Below, in pieces: positions 29,354 through 38,535 of a DNA stretch of 64,000 bases (position 1 is the stretch's first letter; each line of letters starts with the position of its first letter). Origin of the DNA: Eubacteriales bacterium (lineage in GTDB: Bacteria; Bacillota; Clostridia; Oscillospirales; CAG-272); assembly GCA_045580085.1 (NCBI GenBank), contig JAZNND010000014.1, positions 9,498 to 73,497 on the forward strand. Reading direction: 5' to 3'. A program made the position numbers and the translations under genes. The notes under the pieces were generated by a model. That model saw only the letters and a program-made list of their open reading frames with translations. It was not told the origin of the DNA and searched no databases.

Positions 29354-32300
29354 TTATATTATGGGAATTGTATTTTCATAATTGCCGACTTTGAAGACTA
29401 AAACACCTTGCCAAATGTATGCAACCTTAGTGCATTCGGTTTCCGTGCACTCAGTGACTACTATCCCTGTGCAAAGCTCTTGATAGGATGCTTGGGTTAT
29501 TTTGTCGTCAACATTGGCAGGATCGTGTATTTTAAATTTGTTTGTATCAGAATCGTATCCATATATAACAACGAAGTGACCGCCTGAGTTTTTGCCACGA
29601 GCTACGGTTTCGGTTCTCCTTAAATAGGCTACTACCGGGGTAGAACCAAGGATATTGATTAAATCTTGTTCGCTATAAATTCTGTTGTCTGCGAAATAAG
29701 TATTATCATCAGATGTTAAAATATATTCTATTGCCTGTGATATATCTTGCAATGTACCGGTGACATTATTGTTGTCGGATGAAGATATAGATTTAACAAC
29801 TGTGACAGCATCTTCTTGTGAAATATGCGAGTCTATATAAAAAGAGCACATCATTCTAGCACAAGCTACCCAACACCACTTGCTTTTCTCTTGATTTTCA
29901 AGTTTCACCGAATTAGATTTAGCGGCCAAGAACCACTCATCGTCATCATTATCATCTGCCACGTAAACAAGTTGTGTGACAGCGGATACGGTTCCTTGCA
30001 TGTGCCCTTTTGCACATAAGTTTTGAGATATTCCCGATTTAGGTCGAATGATGTATGTTCCTTGTTCAGTAAGGGTTATTTTCCAAAGTTGGTTGTCGGC
30101 CTTTTGATCAGAAAGTTGAATCAGAAATTTGCCGGGAGTGCCGGCAGAAGACGAGGCGATAGACAAAGCTAAACCGCTTTTGACGGAAATAATACTATAG
30201 CAACCGTTTGCGTTGTATTCTAAGCGCCACTGTTGCTTTTCCTCGTTAAAAGGCTTTAGTTTCATTTCAGCTTTGGCCATAGAGTATTTGAAGGGTTCCG
30301 CTTGCAGATATTGATCATACGCTCCGTTCCTAATATAATATATGCCATCTAATTTGTTTCCAATGTTGAAATTTAAGTAGGTTGAATAGCCAATATCATC
30401 GCTGGGGTTTTTTATTATAAACCATATTCTGCCTTCTCCGTGGTGCCATTCTATGGTCGCTTGGCGTGCGTTTATATCCCAATAAAGATCGATATCTCCC
30501 GGCTCCGTTACCAAATAGGGATGATTTTCATATAAATAAGTTTCATCATTCACTATTTCCAAAGTGTTGTAGTTTATTTTGGTGGAAGAGACACGGATGA
30601 TGTCGATGATACTTGTGTTTCCGATGCACATCATATTGGGGGTTATTGGGGTTCGCTCGATAACTCCTCTGTCGTAACTAGTGTATTTGGTAAGAATATA
30701 GGTATCGCCTTCCTCGTCTGAGTTTCCCCTAAGTTCCATACTGTTCGTAGAAGAGTTATAGCAAAGAAGATAATTGGTTTTGCAATGTATCAGCTCGAAG
30801 CCGTCGTGGTGCCATGATAAGTAAAATGTATCGTCTTTGGAAACATCCGCATCTGCGGGAGGAATTTCCTTTAAAATAACGGAATTGTTAGAAATGCCGA
30901 ATGTTAAACAGTTGTCTCTCATTAAGCGAATGATGTATCTTGATGTGGTGCCGACTTGAGAAATTTTAAATGTAAGATTGTATTTAAAACCGGAAATATG
31001 GGCAGGATTTGTTGAAGAGGAAACACCTTGAACAGTGCCTAAAGCATCAGCGGATTCCACCCATCCTAAGTAGATATCTTCTTCGCAAGTATCTTCTTCG
31101 AAAACAACGCGCATGGAATATACGCCGTCCGGAACAGAATGTTGATAATTGATTTCAAGAAAAGAGACATAGGCACCGTCTTCTTCTGCGGCGATGTTTA
31201 CGACAGGGCAAGTGCCGCCGTTGCGTTTTAATGCAACGCCGTGGTTAAGTGTGCTGCTATACCACAGTGTGCCAAGCTCGGTGATGTCAAACGTAAAGTA
31301 ATCAGCATCCTCTCTTGTAAAACTTTCATCTACAGTCAGTGTAACGGAATCGACCGGTGTCGTGGCAAGCCCCATGTTTGCATTGTCAGATGCGCAATTC
31401 CACGTTAATGTGTCTTCATTCCATGGCGACAAGATTTGGTATGCATCTAAAGATATGTTTCCCACTGCGTTTGCACAATAATAGGTTACATAAAGATAAA
31501 CCCAACCGATATTGGTAGTGCCATCCGGAAGGGTAGGATGGGGAACGTAAATATAAGCAATATCAGTGTCGCTGACACGCATAGCAACATTTTGACCGTA
31601 GTTTTCTGTCGGTGAGGTGGCACTTATGTACGTGTCATAGCATTCTCCTACATACGATACAGTGGGATCAATTGTAACAGGAAACGCGCGACAGGTGTCA
31701 TTTATCCACTCTCTGTCGGCGGTTACCGTTAATGTGTACGTAGTGCCAAGATTAGATGTTAAAGTGTAATATACATCATATGAGCGTATACCGTTTGCAT
31801 CATCCATATAGGGGGCTGGGATTATATAAACATTCTCGTTTGTGTTGATGTCGGAAAGAAGAATATTTCCGTTTTGATCCAGTGCGGCGGTAAGTCCGTT
31901 CAAAACAAGATCGAAAGAATAGCTGTAGGTATCGCGGCGAGATTTTACGATGATATTTTCTTTAATATCATTTCCAATCAATAGGTATTCAATATTGATG
32001 TCCGATTGAACGTTTTCGTAAACGACAGAGCTTCTGTTGGATACCGTCCGAGCTTCTTGTATAGAAGAAAAGGAATTGATATTGGAACGTTCAGGCGAGT
32101 TGCTGATTTTCAGATGTGAAGCACTTAATTCCATGGAATTGCTTTTTAAGGACATGGAAATAGAATAACTGTTTTCTTGCAAAGTAAATGCCGGCGTTGT
32201 GGAAGAGAAGGATGTTCGTTCATCAACAGTCGTATAAAGAGAAACGTTTTTGACTGAAGAAAGTTGTAAGTTGTTATTAATATCTTGCCAGTTTCCATTT

Positions 32301-32587
32301 TTATCTTTTCTATGTATGGCGGAGCTGTAGCTGATGGCTTTGTATGTGCCGTCAGTCATTGCAAAATGCTTGGTGTTTTTTTCGCGTAGCTCAAGAATTT
32401 CCGTAATGCCGGAGCACAACTCATTGGAGATTAACTCTTGTGCGATAGGATTGGTGGTTGCTTCGGTTTGGTCTACGGAAGACAATGTTGTTTGCGGCTC
32501 CGTGGCGTAGATTTTACCCGGAAGAGCTGAAATAAGTATGGCGATGACAGAGAATAAAGCAAGAGCTTTTTTGAGAGAGTTTTTCAT
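29354..32587 (-). CDS. Large secreted multidomain protein: WapA/Rhs-type N-terminal region, DNRLRE-like domain, ricin-type beta-trefoil(s), and C-terminal papain-fold (C39-like) cysteine peptidase
   Basis: 'ELREKNTKHF...DGTYKA...NWQDINNNL', 'FPVTIDPT', 'DTYISATSPTENYG', QQW/QLW repeats, 'QEKSKWCWVACARM...GHFVVIYGYD...IHDP'. Confidence 0.75.
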   Translation of the reverse strand: MKNSLKKALALFSVIAILISALPGKIYATEPQTTLSSVDQTEATTNPIAQELISNELCSGITEILELREKNTKHFAMTDGTYKAISYSSAIHRKDKNGNWQDINNNLQLSSVKNVSLYTTVDERTSFSSTTPAFTLQENSYSISMSLKSNSMELSASHLKISNSPERSNINSFSSIQEARTVSNRSSVVYENVQSDINIEYLLIGNDIKENIIVKSRRDTYSYSFDLVLNGLTAALDQNGNILLSDINTNENVYIIPAPYMDDANGIRSYDVYYTLTSNLGTTYTLTVTADREWINDTCRAFPVTIDPTVSYVGECYDTYISATSPTENYGQNVAMRVSDTDIAYIYVPHPTLPDGTTNIGWVYLYVTYYCANAVGNISLDAYQILSPWNEDTLTWNCASDNANMGLATTPVDSVTLTVDESFTREDADYFTFDITELGTLWYSSTLNHGVALKRNGGTCPVVNIAAEEDGAYVSFLEINYQHSVPDGVYSMRVVFEEDTCEEDIYLGWVESADALGTVQGVSSSTNPAHISGFKYNLTFKISQVGTTSRYIIRLMRDNCLTFGISNNSVILKEIPPADADVSKDDTFYLSWHHDGFELIHCKTNYLLCYNSSTNSMELRGNSDEEGDTYILTKYTSYDRGVIERTPITPNMMCIGNTSIIDIIRVSSTKINYNTLEIVNDETYLYENHPYLVTEPGDIDLYWDINARQATIEWHHGEGRIWFIIKNPSDDIGYSTYLNFNIGNKLDGIYYIRNGAYDQYLQAEPFKYSMAKAEMKLKPFNEEKQQWRLEYNANGCYSIISVKSGLALSIASSSAGTPGKFLIQLSDQKADNQLWKITLTEQGTYIIRPKSGISQNLCAKGHMQGTVSAVTQLVYVADDNDDDEWFLAAKSNSVKLENQEKSKWCWVACARMMCSFYIDSHISQEDAVTVVKSISSSDNNNVTGTLQDISQAIEYILTSDDNTYFADNRIYSEQDLINILGSTPVVAYLRRTETVARGKNSGGHFVVIYGYDSDTNKFKIHDPANVDDKITQASYQELCTGIVVTECTETECTKVAYIWQGVLVFKVGNYENTIPII

Positions 32588-32643
32588 TTTTCAGTTCCTT
32601 TCCAAAGTTGGCTTTGAAAAAGAAAACAGCCGAACCGAAAAAA

Positions 32644-33093
32644 TCAATAGGTATATTCGAGCGTTCGCTCGATTTCTTCGAATTTCCCGGAAGTTCCGAA
32701 AATTTTAAGAGTAAATATAGCACGGTACCTTCCGCTGTCAGCGATGCGGAAGGAGTTAGAGAAAGTGTGGGAGGCATTGCTAGCGGTAGCGATCCATTCC
32801 TCTCCGAAGTTGCCAAGTTCTACCGTAGTCCAAATGTCGGCAAAAGTATTTCGTTCGATTTTGACGATCAAAACCGCGCTGGAGAAGAGGCTGGGGTTTG
32901 TATTATAGGATAGACTTACTATGGCCTTGCCACCGGAGATGCTAAAGTCGGGTGAAGCTGAGAGACATATCTCAGCACGGGGTGTAACTTCATTGGTTAG
33001 ATCGAAATTGGCTGCATGGATAGCGGGGGGAATGATAGCGGAAAAAGAGCATAGAAGCGCAAGGAACATTGCAATAAAAGATGTTTTTTTCAT
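32644..33093 (-). CDS. Small secreted hypothetical protein
   Basis: RBS AAGGAG, signal peptide, 'EVTPR' motif and a beta-rich body. Confidence 0.7.
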   Translation of the reverse strand: MKKTSFIAMFLALLCSFSAIIPPAIHAANFDLTNEVTPRAEICLSASPDFSISGGKAIVSLSYNTNPSLFSSAVLIVKIERNTFADIWTTVELGNFGEEWIATASNASHTFSNSFRIADSGRYRAIFTLKIFGTSGKFEEIERTLEYTY

Positions 33094-33208
33094 TCTTTTT
33101 TCTCCTTTTGAAGGGTATTGGAAAAGACAAGTCGGTTCGGCCCGTTTTCTTTAACTGTATATAATACCGATCACTTTGCATTTTTTCTTCAAAAGGAGAA
33201 AGAAGAAT
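33092..33208. repeat. 22-bp inverted repeat (1 mismatch) around a 73-bp promoter-like spacer
   Basis: 33092-33113 ATTCTTTTTTCTCCTTTTGAAG versus the reverse complement of 33187-33208, ATTCTTCTTTCTCCTTTTGAAG. Confidence 0.85.
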
Positions 33209-33210
33209 AA

Positions 33211-34341
33211 TTATTTTTCTTTAGGACTCATACCATTCAGGATTTTAACGAGCTCTTCCTGCTGAATAGCAACTGTCGAAAACAAGAAGAGCTCATATTT
33301 CCCGTCGGTCCAGATATAAAAATTTGCTTTATCTGCACAATAATGATATATTTCATAAGTATCAATGTTGAAAATTTTGATTTCGCCCTTTTCATTATCC
33401 ACAATAATACCGGCTTTTGAGATGGGGGACTGATTAAATTCTAAAATTTCCCCTTTCGTGTTTGTATAACGTAAAAAATGAAGCAAAGGATTTCTTGTTG
33501 CTGATGTGAAGGAAAATCCTTCCGGGATATAAGAGAGAGTGTACGGTTGTTCAACCATGATGGGGTATTCTGTGGTTGGGGTTTGGTCAAGGGCGACACC
33601 GGAGATAATCCTTGAGAGTTCTTGCGAAGCAATGCTTTGCGGTGATAAAAGGCGCAACTCATATTTTCCGTCGTTCCAAGTGTATACATGCTGTTCGTCA
33701 ACGCAATAACGCACTTCATAGCCGGCGGCTGACAGTATCAAGCTTTTCGGATGGGTACAGCTCGAGAAAGGTCCCTCTTGCGGGATCGGTGTTTGCTCAA
33801 AGGTGAGGATATCACCTTTTTTGTTTTGATATTGCCAAATGAGAAGGGATGTATATTTTTCATAGGCCATTAAAGAGTATCCTTTGGGATCGCGAGACAA
33901 AAAGTAGGGTTCTTCGATGGTTGAAGGTCTTGCACCGGTTTGATCGGTTTTGTTTTCGTTTGTATTCGTTTGCGTACCATCGGGGTGGAAAAGCACAACG
34001 TCATATTCCTCACCGCGTTCTACCGTAAATGTATTAAAATTCATGAACCTATGATCGAAAGAAAACAAGTCGAGCTCTTTCAGTTCTTCGTAATGATGGT
34101 AGATTGTGCAACCGAACAAGAGAAGGGCGGCGGCGATGATGGCGGCAATGAGCCCAAACGAGCGTATGCGGTGGTTCTTATGTCTGTTTACGATGGATTC
34201 CATGCGCTTTAGGTGTTCGGGAGAGCATCCGTCAAAATCAGGGGCATCGGCGAGAACCTTTTCAAAACGGCGCGCGAGGCCTTCTTCTATGGCTTGTGCC
34301 AGCAGCTCTTTGTTCGTTTTTGCCATGTTCTTTATCACCAT
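33211..34341 (-). CDS. Putative anti-sigma factor with two DUF4367-like extracytoplasmic repeats
   Basis: N-terminal 'SPEHLKRME' and a single TM. Tandem 'PYxLSxxPxGx...YxNxKGxILxFxQ...WxDGKYEL' repeats. Lies directly downstream of an ECF sigma. Confidence 0.75.
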   Translation of the reverse strand: MVIKNMAKTNKELLAQAIEEGLARRFEKVLADAPDFDGCSPEHLKRMESIVNRHKNHRIRSFGLIAAIIAAALLLFGCTIYHHYEELKELDLFSFDHRFMNFNTFTVERGEEYDVVLFHPDGTQTNTNENKTDQTGARPSTIEEPYFLSRDPKGYSLMAYEKYTSLLIWQYQNKKGDILTFEQTPIPQEGPFSSCTHPKSLILSAAGYEVRYCVDEQHVYTWNDGKYELRLLSPQSIASQELSRIISGVALDQTPTTEYPIMVEQPYTLSYIPEGFSFTSATRNPLLHFLRYTNTKGEILEFNQSPISKAGIIVDNEKGEIKIFNIDTYEIYHYCADKANFYIWTDGKYELFLFSTVAIQQEELVKILNGMSPKEK

Positions 34342-34362
34342 CCTTTTTATAGTATATTGCGC

Positions 34363-34911
34363 TTATTCATCTTTGCAAAGTGCGAGCAATAGTTTTTTTC
34401 CGCGTTCCAAACGGGTATAGACGGTTTTGATGTTGATGCCTAAAAGCTGTGAGATTTCCTTTGGTTTCATTTCGTGACAGTAATGAAAGAGCAATACGGT
34501 GCTGTATCGCTCATCCATTTCTTCGATCAAACGGACGACTTCTCGATAGCGTTCTTGAATGATGAGGTGTTCTAAGAATGCGTCTTCCGAGGAGGAAGAA
34601 AAGAAGTTATCTATCGATAACGTTTTTTTGACATCTTTTAAAACATTGATGCATTCGTTGTGTACGACGGAAAAGACGTAGTTTTTTAAGGCGCGTTCGT
34701 CTTGATTGAAATCTATTTTATCCAAGTATTTGATCAACTTTACAAAGGCGTCTTGTACGACATCTTCGGCAAGAAATTTTACATTCTTGTCGATGTGGCT
34801 GCTCAAACGGCTGAGCGCGAAGCGCAACATGTCTTTATGAAAATGCCGGTACAAATATTCGACTTTGTTACGATCGTTGTCTTCGGCTATGGAAAGCAGA
34901 TAAGCGAGCAT
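34363..34911 (-). CDS. ECF RNA polymerase sigma factor
   Basis: Region 2 'AEDVVQDAFVKL' and region 4 'KEISQLLGINIKTVYTRLERGKKLL'. Confidence 0.92.
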   Translation of the reverse strand: MLAYLLSIAEDNDRNKVEYLYRHFHKDMLRFALSRLSSHIDKNVKFLAEDVVQDAFVKLIKYLDKIDFNQDERALKNYVFSVVHNECINVLKDVKKTLSIDNFFSSSSEDAFLEHLIIQERYREVVRLIEEMDERYSTVLLFHYCHEMKPKEISQLLGINIKTVYTRLERGKKLLLALCKDE

Positions 34912-35111
34912 GCGAATGTCCTTTCAATTGTGTTGAACGTCTTTTTTCGTTTTCAGTATAATAAAAATTGCCGCAAAATTTTTGATTTTGAGAGAGAAAC
35001 GCTGTTTCTCTTTCGCCCGTAATGCGGGCGCGGCAAGTTTCCGTTGGTATCCACATGCGCGTTTCACGCGCAAGAGCGCACGTGCGGTTCGGGGGGGGGC
35101 CACCTGCGGAT

Positions 35112-35140
35112 ATTATAACATAGAGAAAAAAAGAAGTCAA
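35112..35140 (-). promoter_or_regulatory. Sigma-A promoter facing the ECF sigma gene
   Basis: Minus strand TTGACT-17 bp-(TGn)TATAAT. Confidence 0.75.
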
Positions 35141-35163
35141 CACGAGAAAATTCTTTCACTTGC

Positions 35164-35192
35164 TTGACTTTGGGCGCGTTTTGGTTTATACT
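35164..35192 (+). promoter_or_regulatory. Sigma-A promoter for the hypothetical-GH38 unit
   Basis: TTGACT-17 bp-TATACT. Confidence 0.7.
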
Positions 35193-35255
35193 GTAAAAAA
35201 TGTCTTTATAAATGAAGATAACGGCAACCGCATATAGAAAGGAATGTTTATCTGC

Positions 35256-35861
35256 ATGATTTACCGTTTTATGTATACCGCGTATTGCGATGGCTCGCCC
35301 AACGTAACCGATTTGAGAAATCCCGCTGTTACCCATCTTTGTGTGACGGCGTATGAAAATCAGATTTTTCTTTATATTGAGGCGACGTGCGAAGAGGTTG
35401 ATCCTTCGAAGATTATCGCCGCTAGGCTCAAGCCCTATCCCGACGGTTCCTACTTTTTCCGCATGACGGAGGTTTTTCACTATTCGAAGCCTTTTTCGGA
35501 AGAGCATTGGAAGCGTAAGGATCCCACCAAGAAGCCTTGGGTGCGTATCAATTATCTAAAGCCCGAAAAGACATCGAGTTATTTCTTTTATCATTATCAA
35601 TTCCAAGAGGAAAATCCAGGTATGGTAGACAAATACGGCATACTGTTCCTTTACGGTAATATGCTCGTTTTGTACCACGAGACACCTTTTGAGGAGGAGA
35701 CACTTTCTTATAAAGGCAGTCTTGATACCCATAACACTCCCGTTGGCAAAGAGGCGTGGGATGATATGATCGAACGTCATTTCATTCCGTGGGAGGATGA
35801 CCGTATCAACAACGATCCCGACGGACCTTGGCTGGCGTTGACGGTTTTGATCTATAAATAA
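35256..35861 (+). CDS. Hypothetical cytoplasmic protein (alternative start at 35244)
   Basis: Open frame lying between a promoter and the GH38 gene; no motif recognised. Confidence 0.65.
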   Translation: MIYRFMYTAYCDGSPNVTDLRNPAVTHLCVTAYENQIFLYIEATCEEVDPSKIIAARLKPYPDGSYFFRMTEVFHYSKPFSEEHWKRKDPTKKPWVRINYLKPEKTSSYFFYHYQFQEENPGMVDKYGILFLYGNMLVLYHETPFEEETLSYKGSLDTHNTPVGKEAWDDMIERHFIPWEDDRINNDPDGPWLALTVLIYK

Positions 35862-35881
35862 CGGAAAAGGGAGTTTGCGAT

Positions 35882-38239
35882 ATGAAAAAGCAGATACATA
35901 TGATTGGAAACACCCATTTCGATCCTGTTTGGCTTTGGCGTTGGGATGAGGCGTTGGCTTCGATCCGCGCGACCTTTCACGCGGCTCTTGAGCGCATGAA
36001 GGAGGACGAGGATTTTGTGTATTCCTTTTCGGCACCTGCTGTTTTGCGCATGATCGAAGAGGTCGAGCCCGAGCTGTTTGCCGAGATCAAGGCAAGAGTC
36101 AAGGAGGGCAGATGGGAGCTCGGCGAGGGGCTTTGGCTTCAACCCGATTGTGAGAGTGGCGGCGGAGAGATCTACGTCAGAGAGGGGCTTTATGCCCAAA
36201 GGTATTTTCTTGAAAAATTCGGCATGACGAGCGAGACCGCCTTTAATATCGATTCCTTTGGCCATCCTGCAACCTTCCCTCAGATTCTTGCGGGATGCGG
36301 CATGAAAAATTATGCTTTCGTTCGACCGGGTGAGCAGGCATTTCACCTGCCGTCTCCCTATTTTATTTGGCGCGGCATTGACGGCACCGAGCTTGTTGCT
36401 GCCCGTGCCGAAAACGCGTATCCTCCGAAGCTCGAAGAGCAAACGCTTCTTCCGATGCTTCAAGATGAACAAAGACCGGAGCACAGCTTTATCGTTTACG
36501 GTGTAACCGACCACGGCGGAGCTCCCACCAAGGCGGATATGGCAACCATTCGCCGCTATCGGGATGAGGGGGTATATTATTCGCGCTGTGACAGCTTTTT
36601 TGATGCTTTGCGCAATACCGATCTTCCTACGGTGGAGGGGCATTTGCCCGTCAACTTCATCGGTCCTTCGGTCAACCATACCGAGGTTAAACAGAATAGC
36701 CGTATGGCGGAAGAAAAGCTTTTGCGAGCAGAGGCGGCGGCGACCATGGCGTGGAATCTTTGCGGTAAGAGTTACCCGAGAGAAAAGCTTTACGAGGCGT
36801 GGGCGGATGCCATGTTCAACACCTTTCACGATATCGTGGGCGGATGCTGCATTCCCTCCGCGTATCTCGACGCACGCAATCTTCATGGCAGAGCCATGCA
36901 AACAGCCGATGAAATTGCACACTATTCTTTGCAAACCATTGCTTCGAATATTAAAATGCCGGGTAAAAATCCCGATAACGCATGGAATTTGGTGCTGTTC
37001 AACACCAACGGCGTAGACGGCAGAACCGTCGTTGAGGCAGAGGCACAATGGGCATGGGAATTTGACTGGTACCGCGACGGACTCTGTTTGAAGACCGAAA
37101 ACGGCGAAGAGATTCCCGTACAAATCATTCGTGAGGAAAGCGTGATTCCGGGCTTCCGTTCCCGTATGGTTTTCGAGGTGGATATGCCGGCTTACGGCTA
37201 CCGCACCTTCGCGCTTTGCCAAAAAGGTGGCAGACCGCAGCTTTGCGAGTCCAACGACCGCAAGGAGGTTTCGATCGGTGCTTACACCGTTCGCGCCGAA
37301 AAGAACGGCGGTGTGACGCTCAAATGCGGTAAGCGCACTTATAAAGGACTTTTCCGCCCTTATCTGCGCCGCGATATTTGCGACACATGGGGGTTCAATA
37401 AGACCACGTACGAAAGAAAAAAGGAATTCTGCCGTTTGCTTTCAACCTCTGTCATCGAGGAGGGAAGCGAGAGAGTCGCGCTTAAGACGGTGTGTTTGTT
37501 CCATCATTCCAAGATTGAACAGACCTTCCTTTTGTATGCCGACGGCATGCTTGAATGCCGTTACCGCGTTCTTTTCTCGGAAGAGGGGTACGGCTTGAAA
37601 CTTGCACTCGGCGCAAAAGAAAAGACGGCAACCGTGACTGCCGCCGAGCCCTATGGGTACACGGCGCGCCCTGCCTCTTTCTATGAGAAGCCTGTGAGTG
37701 GCTTTCTCTCCTTTGGCGAGGTAGGTGTTGTTTCGGGCGATATTTTTGCTTATGATTTTGACGGTGATGCGGTTGGGCTTTCGATCTTGCGCTCTCCCAT
37801 TTACGGCGATTTACGTAATGAACCGCTTGCGCCTCGAGACGATTACATGTATATGGGGCAGGGGGAAACGCACGGCACGCTTCGCGCCTTCTTTGACGCC
37901 CCCACGCCCGCCCGCTTGGCACGGGAATCGGCAAAGCTTTTGCGCCCCGTTACGGTAATTGATGAGGCGTGCCATGACGGCGTATTGCCTGCCGAAGGCA
38001 TTTGTGTGCACAGCGACGGCGAAGATGTCATCGTTACCTCTTTGAAGCTTGCCGAGGACGGCGACCGTCCCACCTTCCGCGCTGTGGATTACAGCGGCAC
38101 GGACAGCCGTGTTTCTGTTACTGTTTTTGACCGTACGCGCCGTTATTCTTTCCGTGCGCACGAGATCAAAACGGCGGTTAATATGGAAGAAACCGATCTT
38201 TTGGAACGCCGTGGAGACGATGAATCGCTCAAGGTGTGA
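35882..38239 (+). CDS. Glycoside hydrolase family 38 (alpha-mannosidase-like)
   Basis: 'IGNTHFDPVWLWRW', 'IDSFGHP', 'YGVTDHGGAPT', 'FHDIVGG'. Confidence 0.9.
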   Translation: MKKQIHMIGNTHFDPVWLWRWDEALASIRATFHAALERMKEDEDFVYSFSAPAVLRMIEEVEPELFAEIKARVKEGRWELGEGLWLQPDCESGGGEIYVREGLYAQRYFLEKFGMTSETAFNIDSFGHPATFPQILAGCGMKNYAFVRPGEQAFHLPSPYFIWRGIDGTELVAARAENAYPPKLEEQTLLPMLQDEQRPEHSFIVYGVTDHGGAPTKADMATIRRYRDEGVYYSRCDSFFDALRNTDLPTVEGHLPVNFIGPSVNHTEVKQNSRMAEEKLLRAEAAATMAWNLCGKSYPREKLYEAWADAMFNTFHDIVGGCCIPSAYLDARNLHGRAMQTADEIAHYSLQTIASNIKMPGKNPDNAWNLVLFNTNGVDGRTVVEAEAQWAWEFDWYRDGLCLKTENGEEIPVQIIREESVIPGFRSRMVFEVDMPAYGYRTFALCQKGGRPQLCESNDRKEVSIGAYTVRAEKNGGVTLKCGKRTYKGLFRPYLRRDICDTWGFNKTTYERKKEFCRLLSTSVIEEGSERVALKTVCLFHHSKIEQTFLLYADGMLECRYRVLFSEEGYGLKLALGAKEKTATVTAAEPYGYTARPASFYEKPVSGFLSFGEVGVVSGDIFAYDFDGDAVGLSILRSPIYGDLRNEPLAPRDDYMYMGQGETHGTLRAFFDAPTPARLARESAKLLRPVTVIDEACHDGVLPAEGICVHSDGEDVIVTSLKLAEDGDRPTFRAVDYSGTDSRVSVTVFDRTRRYSFRAHEIKTAVNMEETDLLERRGDDESLKV

Positions 38240-38267
38240 ACAATTTGTTAAAACGAAAGCGTAGTTC

Positions 38268-38297
38268 TTGACAAGCGGAAAGGGATTATGCTATACT
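38268..38297 (+). promoter_or_regulatory. Sigma-A promoter of the leuA-like/ACS1 operon
   Basis: TTGACA-18 bp-(TGn)TATACT. Confidence 0.75.
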
Positions 38298-38325
38298 CAT
38301 TGCATCAAAAAAAGGAGATACCGAT

Positions 38326-38418
38326 ATGGCACGCGCAATTGCAATGGCACTCGAGCTATCCGCTGTGATCCTAACGAAGTCTGTTCGTATGGGTGACAGT
38401 GTTGTTTGTCGTGCATGA
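38326..38418 (+). CDS. Putative 30-aa attenuation leader peptide MARAIAMALELSAVILTKSVRMGDSVVCRA
   Basis: Strong RBS AAAGGAG. Leu codons are CTC, CTA, CTA. Sits between the promoter and a terminator. Not in the ORF track. Confidence 0.65.
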   Translation: MARAIAMALELSAVILTKSVRMGDSVVCRA

Positions 38419-38463
38419 ATTGGCGTATCGGCAGCGGTATTTACCAAAGCTATAAGTGAATCC

Positions 38464-38505
38464 AATTCCCACGCGCTTCGCTGCGCCGTGGGAATTTTTA
38501 TTTTT
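38464..38505 (+). terminator. Attenuator terminator in the leader
   Basis: AATTCCCACG...CGTGGGAATT followed by TTTATTTTT. GAATTGG (38417-38423) can pair instead with CCAATTC (38462-38468). Confidence 0.7.
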
Positions 38506-38535
38506 AAATCGGCATGAGCCGAAAGGAGAAAAACT

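Noticed and set aside
35045-35105. Minus-strand segment GGTGGCC...GGATACCA, considered as a tRNA
   Set aside because: Only ~60 nt, with no TTC loop or cloverleaf.
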